Below are positions 53,089-64,000 of a DNA stretch of 64,000 nucleotides, piece after piece. The notes under the pieces were generated by a model. That model searched no databases. It saw only the letters and a program-made list of their open reading frames with translations, and was not told the origin of the DNA. Numbering within the stretch: the stretch's first letter is position 1; each line of letters begins with the position of its first letter. A program made the translations under genes and the position numbers. Source of the stretch: Octopus vulgaris (lineage: Eukaryota); assembly GCA_951406725.2 (NCBI GenBank), contig OX597815.1, forward strand, positions 135,718,001 through 135,782,000, in the 5' to 3' direction.

Positions 53089-53272
53089 GGTATTTCGTTT
53101 GCCTCTACGCTCTGAGTTCAAATTCCGCCGGGGTCGACTTTGCCTTTCATCCTTTCAGGTTCGATTAAATAAGTACCAGTTACGCACTGGGGTCGATGTA
53201 ATCGACTTAATTCCTTTGTCTGTCCTTGTTTGTCCCCTCTATGTTTAGTCCCTTGTTGGCAATAAAGAAATA
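53089..53272 (+). mobile_element. SINE family B body plus B1 tail (head missing)
   Basis: Starts at GGTATTTCG and ends GGCAATAAAGAAATA. Confidence 0.9.
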
Positions 53273-55316
53273 ATTATATATTTATATATGAACATGTTTA
53301 GTAATTAATGTTTTCATAGCAGAATGCTTCAATCTTATATTATTTTGGTAGAGTTATTAAATATATTCTTTATAACAGAAATAATTTTTTAGGCGTAATA
53401 GAGAAGAAAGAAAAGTAAGACGAGAAAAAGAAAAGAAAGAACGAATTTCTAATGAACTTTCCCAATGTCATTTATGCTCAAGTCCCAACCGCTCTTTTGG
53501 GCCGCAGGCAGAAGTAATCTTCGACTGTGGTCGACCGTCGGATGTGGTCAGCACTATTGTTGGACGTGGTGAATTCGTTGGTGGGAGCCGGTTCAACCCA
53601 GGCCGAGTGAATGCCGCCATAAGTACAAGTTCACGAAGTAAGAACTACTCGAATAGTTTAACACACCTAATCTTAAACCTTCAACACTTAATCTTATAAA
53701 TATTGAACGATACGATGTTATTTAAAATTCCGCGATTTCTTATTCACCTACTAATAATATTCTGTTTCAGGATTACCATTTGATTTTGTCTATGATTCTA
53801 TACAGATTCTTTCAACTCTTTCACTTCACTTTCTTACCATGACTAACTTAAACTATATACTTTGTTGTAAACTTCAACCGATTTTAGCCTAATTTTATTA
53901 CATGTTCTGACTCTTCACCTATACTCAAACTTTTAAACTGATTATTATATGACAAACCTCTATCCACTTCAGCTATTTATTTTGAACTCTTTGATAGTAC
54001 TTGAAAATGTGCTGTGACTAGAAACCAATCAAGAAGGTCAACGATAGTTGAATTAACCATACCAAACTAAAACTTCTTTTCTCCTTAGAGTTATTGGACT
54101 TTGATTATATTTCAAAGCTTATTCTTACCGTAAAACATAAGATTTTAATGAAACGATATAATGAAACCTGAATAAAATTTTATGAATTATTTTCAGAAAT
54201 ATTTTAAGCTGTTTTACCCGCGTTATCTAAAAACATTTACATTCTTCATAATCCTTAACCGTTCAACTTTTTTTATGGTCTATTTTTCTATGCATTCTCT
54301 CAATCTGCTCACTTATTTCACCTTTGCCCCAAACACACAGTATAGATTCATCTTACATAATATCTCCTTTATTTTTAATTATTTAATTGTCCACAGTTTG
54401 CTAGAATTGTAGTGTTTAAGTTACTCTCAGGAAGATTTTTCATCATGTAATCTTAAATTTACATGCAAATGCTTTTATTTGTTTCGTTTCGAAAATTATT
54501 ACAAAATTTTCCTATCATTATTTTTAACAAAGATCATTAATATTCAATTCCCTTTTTCTTATTTCTTTCCTTAAATTACTATCAATAACATTTCTAAATA
54601 TCCCCTCCGTTCCCTTTGTAAATATTAATTTTTACTTTCTTCTCTTTTCCCCTTCTAATTTAATTTCTTATAGTCATATCTTAAAATAATCTATAAATTA
54701 TATATAAAAAACTTTTGAAAATAAGCATTTATGCTTACTTCTCGCAATTTATACAAAATAACTGCTTATTTAATTATTTAATCAGATGGAGATTTATTTA
54801 TCAAATATAATAGACCTTAAATTTTATAAACCTACTCTGCAATATTTTAGTCATCTTCACTTCTTAAACGTATATTCATAAAAATCTTGCACTTTCATTC
54901 ATATTTGACATGCACTAGAAAAATACTTCCCTTTTTACACGAAATCTCATGCTATAAAATACTAATCAATCATTGTAAACAGCTAAAGCATTTTTGCAAA
55001 ATGCTGAAAAATATGTCTAATGATATTAATTGATTTTTGCCTTTAGTTTGCTTTCATTTTGAAAATAACTTCTACCTGTGCTGTTTCTCTCCTAGTTTAT
55101 TTATTCATTTGCTCTCTCTGTCTTTCTCATTCTCTCGCTCATAGTTCACACATTTTAGCTTTTAGTTAACTTACAGATAAATTAGTTTACTATTTTTGAT
55201 TTCAAAAATTCTGTGAAAAAAATAACCCAAAATTCGTCTGTTTCTCTGTAATTTTATCCTTAATTTGTCTTTTATGACCAATTTTGACTCTTGTACTTCT
55301 TTTTTTACTATAAAAT

Positions 55317-55437
55317 TTCTTCTTCTTCTTCTTCTTCTTCTTCTTCTTCTTCTTCTTCTTCTTCTTCTTCTTCTTCTTCTTCTTCTTCTTCTTCTTCTTC
55401 TTCTTCTTCTTCTTCTTCTTCTTCTTCTTCTTCTTCA
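55317..55437. repeat. (TTC)n microsatellite
   Basis: Visible. Confidence 0.98.
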
Positions 55438-57349
55438 TCTCTAGCACCACTTCAAAATATTTTCCACTTATAAACTAGATATTCAATAACTATACCCAAA
55501 TTTGGTATGCATTTGGAATTTTATAAGACAGGCAGTGTGTAAAGAAATAATTTAATAAACAATTAAACAATAATTGTTTGCGTGTTGACGCTTTGAGACA
55601 TTCATAATGACATATTCAGGATGAAATAGTGTTGGTGTGTTGTTATCTCTTTTTAATATGAAGTTTTAATATGACTTTTATACAAATTTGAAATTGATGC
55701 TTTAGATTGGTATGTCACTAACGAGGTGATTAGTTTTGTCTGTGACTAATGTATATTGTATGTCACTCCATATTATAGTTGTTGTGCTGTTCTGTGGCTG
55801 TTAATTCTATCCTTAAGAGCATATTTTGTTTGGAATGTGGTAGAATTAGACGTTATGTCCATTGTTATTTTCTCATCTAGTTTCGTTTTTGATTATGTGT
55901 TATAGTTCATTGTACGAAATAGTTCACTTCTTGAAAGCGTATGGTGAGCTGATGGAATAAAGTCGTACTTGTTTGGTCAAAATAACTGTTGGATTTGTAA
56001 AAATACGATATTTTACAACATATTGATTATCAGTGCCGTGATCGTAATTTTATGCGTTTGCGATTTATTACTGATAAGAATGATTTTAATTTTAAAGGCT
56101 TTGTTATGGTTAGCGTCAGTTTATGTTATGTTTTAATGTATTTTGTGTTTTATCCAATGATATTCTTTGAAAATATTTTCTAGTTTGTAGTTAGTGTGTA
56201 TTTGATTCCTATAATGCATTTTTATGTGTGACTTATGCATTTTTTATAGAAATAGTGTCTAATGAATTGCACTGTAGCTTAGGATATTAATTAAAATATT
56301 CGCTAACATAAATATTGATCCAGTACAAAGGTAAACTTAGTCAAGTATATCGTCCACACAAAATGCTAGATCTCAAAATGGCAGAATATAGAAAGCTTGG
56401 TGGAAGGTCAGGACAAATAGGTTACGCTATTTACTTACAGTATTTTATATTATGAGTTCCTACTGCAGTGAGATAGATACTGGTTTTATTTTGCATCCCC
56501 TGAGACGAAAAAATTCTTAAGTAATATAATGAAAATAGATACAGTCGTTAAACTACTTGATTATATTTAAACTGAGACAATTTTAGAAGTATTTAGATTT
56601 TTATTTAGTTTTTCCGTTTTAGGTGGTTTAAAGAAGCAAGGACATCATTCATTAACCCTTTCAGGGCCTGGCGACAGGAAGGGATAAAATTATCCATAGA
56701 TTAGGGACCTCTTAAATTACTGCAGTACAGTGATCATCGTTAAAAACACCCAAAAGACAAATAGTAACATGTTATATCTACAAACCAAGAACAGGAACAG
56801 TTCCCTTCAAGTGCTTCTGTAGATTTCATTCACAAGGGTTCGGTCAATCCGAAGCTACGATAGAATGCACTAAAACTGCATAGCTGTAAAGCAAAATCAA
56901 CTTCCTAGCTACGAAACCACAATTATGACCATTGACTTGTATATTCTTAATTCAAATAACACTAGTTTGGTTATTCCTATTTAAGGTTCACGTCAACATT
57001 AACTAAGCAGACCCATGATCTTAAGCATTTAAGCCGTGGCTATCTGAACTTATTAGAATAATGTAGGAGTACATTACCTAATGTCTCATTATTTGCAATT
57101 TCTTTCTTAAGGCCAGTATCAATCTTGACTTAAAAAAAAACTATCATTAATATCAATTAATATCCATCACCATCATTTTAGACGCATGTAGGGCTGTATT
57201 GTCTTGTGTATTATCATTTAAGGCGGTACAGTATGATTTAAACGAGATTTGACAACTTTTTCTAACAGTTGGTGTAACCACAAAGAAGTTTAATCAACGG
57301 CTTGAATATAAACGGAGTTCACTTTACTTGTCAATATTTCGGAGTGGAT

Positions 57350-57548
57350 TAAGGTGGCGAGCTGGCAGAATCGTTAGCAGGCCGGGCAAAATGCTTACGG
57401 GCATTTCGAGTTCAAATTTCGCCGAGATCGACTTAGCCTTTTATCCTTTCGGAGTCGATTACATGAGTACTGGTTGGACACTGTGGTCAATGTAACCGAC
57501 TTACCCGTCCCCCGAAATTTCTGGTCTTGTGCCAAAATTTGAAACTAA
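57350..57548 (+). mobile_element. SINE family B (tail B2) with ~18-bp target-site duplication
   Basis: Flanked by AATATTTCGGAGTGGATT and AATATTTCAGAGTGGATT. Confidence 0.9.
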
Positions 57549-58045
57549 TATTTCAGAGTGGATTGTAATCAAATACCAAGTGAAGCTTTGTGATTGATTT
57601 AAATTACTATAATGCTTCTCTAAAATTCAATAAATCAACAATATTATGACAAACGGTATGGTAAAAATGACAGAACGCTAGCTTATATAGATAGTTTAAC
57701 CGAGAACTAATATTACGCAAGAATAGTTGAAGGTAAATTCAAGAACGCTATTGTAAAGCGGAAATAACAGTATTGTTTAATTAAAAAAGTATTTACATAT
57801 AGCAGCCATTAAGAAAACGATGTCGTCTATCAAAATAGAAAACAAGAACGGAGCTTATCGTATGTGAATGGGACAAAAGCACTGTAATCTCAGCTTAAAC
57901 GCTTTGAAAATACGCCTCCAGCCTGATATACTTGCTCTTCAGAGTATATTTAAAATATATCAAATTCATTCTCACTGGCTCATTTGATTCACATTGCAGT
58001 ACACACACACCGACGCGCATGCACGCACATATACACGCACGCACG

Positions 58046-58089
<44 letters not shown>

Positions 58090-58129
58090 ACAGGTATGTA
58101 CACATAAATGCCTGCCTCGATGTATGTAT

Positions 58130-58231
58130 GTCATTATTCAGTTTTATTTCAAGATGTCTTGCCAATAGAAAAAGAGCCGGTTTCTAACCTGGATCCAAGG
58201 CTCCTTTACTGGAATTTCAACATCAACAACA

Positions 58232-58266
<35 letters not shown>

Positions 58267-60742
58267 CGTGTGTATGTATGTATGTCATTATTTAGTTTAT
58301 TTCAAGATTTCTTGCCAGTTGAAAAAGAACTGGTTTCTAACCTAGATCCAAAACTCCATCTCTGGAATTTCAACATTAACAACAGAGTATTTTTTATGTA
58401 TGTATGTATGTATGTATGTATGTATGTATGTATGTATGTATGTATGTATGTATGTATGTATGTATGTACGTGCAGATTTCTATATGTTTTATGCATATTG
58501 CTGTATATCTAGACATGCTTATATATATTTAAATGATAAACTTCTGGAAAGTTTTACAGATTTTTACCGTTCCAGTTATGGATTGGATCTGTGGTCCTTG
58601 AATTAGCTTTCTCCTTTCTGGTTTTGAGAAGCCTAATTTCTCAAGATTGGTGTTTAGGCAGTGTGTTACATATCCCAGGGCCCCAATAATTACAGATATA
58701 AGCCTGAAATTGTAATCTGGATAGAGTAGCTGCAGGTTTCTCAATAGTTCAGCATTGGTGTTCTCTTTTTCACTGATCTTCAGCTTTATGTTAACATCCG
58801 CTGGGCAGCTAAATTCCACAACAGTGCACAGTTTCTCATCTCTGTCCCAAATCATTATACCAGGTCTCTTGTGCTTACAATTTCTTGAGGTCTGCCACCA
58901 ATATTCCTTTTTATTATGAGTGGCTGTTGCTTCTACCATATTGTGGGTTCTTATTTCTTTGTTGTCGGGATTATCCTTCCGACAGATTTCATTATATAGT
59001 GTCCTGGGTACAACAGCATATCTCATCGTTAGATAAACCGTGATGACATTTTCGGACAACTGCTTATGATGTGGATTATATCTTCAGTGTGAACTCCCAA
59101 AAAGTCTGAATCGGTTGTCACACTTTACGGCTTTACCTGCATCTCTATCCCGTTTGTGCATCGGTACTTAGTTGATATTTCCTGTTCCTGGATTGCAAAC
59201 GCATACCCTTCAAAGTGGGAGGTAGTAATCCGGCTATTGGTGCATGATAAACTGCTTTGATGATCGATGTTACTATTATCACGGAGTTTTCTACTGACAT
59301 ACCCATGTCTAGTCTTCTACTCATATAGGCTCATCCTTTCATCTGACGATATGTTACGACTTCTTTGGACACGTATTCTAGGTTATTAGACAAAGAGTAG
59401 TTGCTCAAGGAGCTGCCTTCCAAGTCTTATAATGTTATCAGCCTCATGTATGCAAACTTGGTCATGGGATGCTCTTCGACAGTTGGTGGTTAAAATATGT
59501 TGCCGAAGGGATATGATGCCACATGCAAAGGCATTTCGGACTGATGTTAAGCTTCTGTTGCCTTGTTTTCATTTTAGGTAGAGGGGTCTACGTCACTGTT
59601 TATGTGGAAATTATGTGTGCTTGTTAGTATTTCTCGGGTTTTCACATCAATGTCTCGGATCTCATCAAGCGTCCAACCAAACAGCCCAAACGTTGGGATG
59701 AGTACTGGTACCGCAAAAATATTGTGGGCCACTGTTTTATTGAATGTAGATCCAAATTTTCTTTATTCGGCAGTAATATTCCTTAGTGACGCGTGTTTTG
59801 TTACAGGTGTCATTGTAAGATATATTTTCATCCACCCCTAGATACCTGTAACATTCCTCGTTAGATACAGGGGAAACAGTTAACTAACTGATTGAGATGT
59901 TACTAGTCTGGTTTATAGTTTTCCCCCTTTTCACAACCATATAATAACATTTATCCTGACCAAAATCCAACCCTACATCCTTTGAGAATGTTGTAAATAG
60001 GTCAAGGTTCCGTTTCATCTCATGCATATTCTTTGCATAAAGTTTTAAGTCATCCACAAAGAAACAGTGAGTAATTTTGGTATTGGTGTTTATGTTTCTT
60101 TGTGAACTTGTGAGATATTCTTCAGACTTCCTTAGCACGAATGACAAGGAGTTTACAGAAAGTATAAACAACATCACAGAGAGACTGTCTCCTTGGAAGA
60201 TGATTTTGCGATACTGCATTCTATCGGTGATAATACAGTCACTTTTTGTGTTTAATTTCAAAATGGTGGCCCACGATGAAGTCATGTCAGCTATGGCTTT
60301 GGTTATTCTCACTGGAACTTTAGCAAATTGAAGTGCTTCTGGCATCCATGAATGGGCAGAAGTGTCCAAAGTCATTCTTGTAGTCTAGCCACATTGAATC
60401 TAGGTTCCTCCTATGCTCTCGCACCTCTGACATCACTTCTTCCCAGCTGCTTGTTCTGCTGTGATATTGTTATTAGTTTCCCAATGGTTCTGGAGGAAGA
60501 GGTTTAAACATGCTGTATATATCTTAAACATGTGTTCTGGCATGCAATTCACCGGTAGTATTTTGTTATGTGAGTGGTTCTGCATTTGGGGATCAATTTT
60601 GTCTTTGCCAGAGCTAATCAGTGTGGTATGCTGCAGTTTCCAATGAAAACTTGCTAGTACAGATTGATAAGATATGGTCTGTAGAATGTTAGCTTCTTGT
60701 ACCAATATCCAACAATCAAGTATCTTCCAGATGCTTTTCCAT
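58130..60742 (-). mobile_element. 5'-truncated R4/Dong-like LINE (RT, CCHC, restriction-like endonuclease) within (CATA)n
   Basis: IFQGDSLS and FFVDDLKLY (RT), EDIIHIISSC (zinc finger), HKRPGIMIWD..VVEFSCPAD..KISEK (PD..D/E-type RLE). The 3' terminal unit is duplicated at 58130-58232 and 58283-58390. Confidence 0.9.
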
Positions 60743-60903
60743 GTATGTATGTATGTGCAGATTCGTGTTTTGTTTTATGCATGTCTTATCATGCATGTAG
60801 TTGCATATCTATACATGCTCATATGTATGTATAAATGAACGAATGAATGAATGCGTACACACACACACACATAGACACAGACACAGAGACACACACAGAC
60901 ACA

Positions 60904-60985
<82 letters not shown>

Positions 60986-61939
60986 TTCATTTATATGAGG
61001 TCTGCTTCGACTTAAAGGCACTATCATGCTCTTTTCAGCGCTTAATCATTGAAGAAGGGCATTGCCTAAGTCTGAATTTAGGCCATCGGAAAGGGTTGGA
61101 AGGTGTTTCAAAACTGCAAATCTGACTCGAATACTAGCAACAGCGTGTATTCCACTAGAGCCAGTAATGTGGCAGATGGTAGCGTCAAACGGAGAGATGA
61201 GTCAAGACTACCAACATGTGTGAAGCAGACATGACAAGACGGGATTTGAAACGAGAAAGCGAAAAATCTGGGAAAATGCCACCAATTAACCACCGAAGAT
61301 ATGCACTCTCTTATCTACTCCGAAAGATTAAAAACAAAGTAGCCCTGATGGGATTTGAAACCAGAGCGTTCAGACTTTGAGCACATACCACAAAGAATTC
61401 CGTTCCATTCTACAAATACATATATGGTGGAAGTCGACAGTGTATATTCCACTATGCATTTTTTCATACGAAGTTACCTTCTCTTACATGCATACATATG
61501 TGGTGATTGCTCTATCTTTACAGATAATTGCCGTCTACTTGTACTTCCTCGTTCTCAATGGCGTTTCTAGCTTTCCAACCATTGCAGGTCTGCAATGTTT
61601 GGAGAATAGGTGACAGACGAAAGTTGTCACTTGCTGTACGCTTCCAACGTCGCCCCTTCCATTACCATAGGACTTTCAGTCGATGGAATGACAAATGAAA
61701 GTCACGATGAAGAGGCATCTGCACGCCATCAGATTATAGTGATAAACACTTTTACGATATGAGTACCACTCTTTGAGTCGCTGTGATTACTGCCAAGTAA
61801 CAAGCCGAGGCATGATGACCAGAAATTGCGTGAAACTGCGGATGTCACTCTCTTTAGAAAGATGCTCTCACAACAGCTAGGGGTCCCTCATACTCGGTGG
61901 TTTTACTGCACGCTGTAATACCAGCCACGGGTATTTCTT

Positions 61940-62190
61940 CCATCCATCCATCCATCCATCTATCCATCCAACAATCCAATCATCCTTCGATCTATCCATT
62001 CATCAATCCATCCATCCAACCAGCCATAAATACATTTCGAAATCCATCCACCTATCCATCCATCCATCCATCCATCTATCCATCCATCCATCCATCCATC
62101 CATCCATCCATCCATCCATCCATCTATCCATCCATCCATCCATCCATCCATCCATCCATCCATCCATCCATCCATCCATCCATCCATCCA
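61940..62190. repeat. (CCAT)n microsatellite
   Basis: Visible. Confidence 0.96.
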
Positions 62191-62768
62191 GCCATACATA
62201 CTTGTATGCATATTTTACTTTTGGTCGTGTCAGTCTCTTAAATAAAATATATGATTAAACATAGATATTAAATTTAATTAAATTAACCATTAATGATTTG
62301 TAGGTACCTGGTACTTCGTTATGAAAACGTAATATACTGTGAAGCATATTAAATGCTTTTATAAGTCAATACCACGTCCTACAGCACCAGCAGTGCTTTT
62401 TACATTATTTTGTTAAGGTTATTTCTACAGATATACTATAGAAATTAAAGCCGACACTGGTTTTTGCTATGATAGTTCGTATTCGAAATGTTAGATGTTT
62501 GTTTGTATGTTTGTCTTTTTACATCTGACGTCTTTAGGAATGGTCTTCGCGTGGTTGAATCAGTATTTCCCATACTTTGGTGTACTGAATATGATAAAAG
62601 ATCAATTTTGAAAAGATTATTCATTACATGGCACAATGCTAAAATAAGTAAATATACTACACACACAGACACACACACATACACATACATGCATGCACGC
62701 ACATATATGTATGTGTGTGTGTGTGTGTATATAGATACACAAGCACGCGCACACACACACACACACAC

Positions 62769-62862
<94 letters not shown>

Positions 62863-63199
62863 ACTCACAAACAAAATAAACGTATGAGTATGCGGTATAA
62901 ATCCAACAATAAATTTAAAATACCAGTGATAAGGTATAAAAAATATCGGGCGATAAAATTTACAGGAATCGCATTTACCTATCATAAAATGCGGTAATTG
63001 CATATAAAAATAGCAGTTCAATTCTGCTCATGAGGCTCTGTAACTTCAGAAACGATGATGGATTTAGGAAATTTATTCTTCCAAATGAACACTAACTCAC
63101 ACCAACAGAAGAAAGATAAAACTGAAAAAAATAGTCTAGAAGCAAAACCTGGTCGTGTTTTCAATAGATTATATCTAAAAGACAGTTCACTGTATATAT

Positions 63200-63557
<358 letters not shown>

Positions 63558-63559
63558 AC

Positions 63560-64000
63560 ACTATGCACCTGCAATGTGAGCTGGATGAAATATACAAGTG
63601 GGCTGAAAAGAATAGCAATGCTGAAAAGTTTCAAGCTTTGTGCTATCAGCATGCAAAACTAAATGCAATACCCAATAAATACACTGGACCTGGAGGGATT
63701 ACAATCCCAGAGGCACAGCCAGTGCGAGACCTGGGCATTTACATGAGTAATGATGCATCCTTTCATGTGCAGGTTGCTAAATTGGCAATGAAATGCAGGT
63801 GGTTGACCGGATAGATTCTTATATCTTTTAGATCAAGAGACCAGGAAACCATGATGGTCCTGTGGAGGACACTTGTCCTAAGCCACTTTGACTATTGCTC
63901 TCAGCTATGGTTACCAACCAGTGTCAAATTAATCTCAGAACTTGAGGTAATCCAACGAAGCTACACGAAGAAGATAGCCTCTATGCAGCATATAATCTAT
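63560..64000 (+). mobile_element. CR1-group LINE RT C-terminal remnant (runs off window)
   Basis: [50 protein letters not shown], homologous to 12240-12570. Confidence 0.92.

Overview
Eukaryotic, AT-rich, repeat-saturated genomic DNA. The SINE families and extreme microsatellite load suggest an octopus/coleoid cephalopod genome (inference). I found no intact host protein-coding exon, and most ORFs in the supplied track are microsatellite read-throughs. The window is a transposon graveyard. It holds about 18 tRNA-derived SINEs in several modular families, CR1-group LINE fragments, a near full-length Tx1/L1-clade LINE (49.2-53.1 kb) and R4/Dong-like restriction-endonuclease LINEs sitting in microsatellites. 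It also holds a decayed Ty3/Gypsy pol, mariner/Tc1/hAT DNA transposons and MITEs, Helitron pieces, and many Penelope-like element (PLE) remnants. Two signals stand out. (1) About ten minimal type-I hammerhead ribozyme motifs, five with intact catalytic cores, plus a family with a variant core. (2) The Tx1 LINE ends in the same ~45-nt tail as one SINE family, and both join to the same internal SINE site (GGTATTTCG), suggesting a self-targeting LINE/SINE pair. All calls are by eye, and the boundaries of degenerate elements are approximate.
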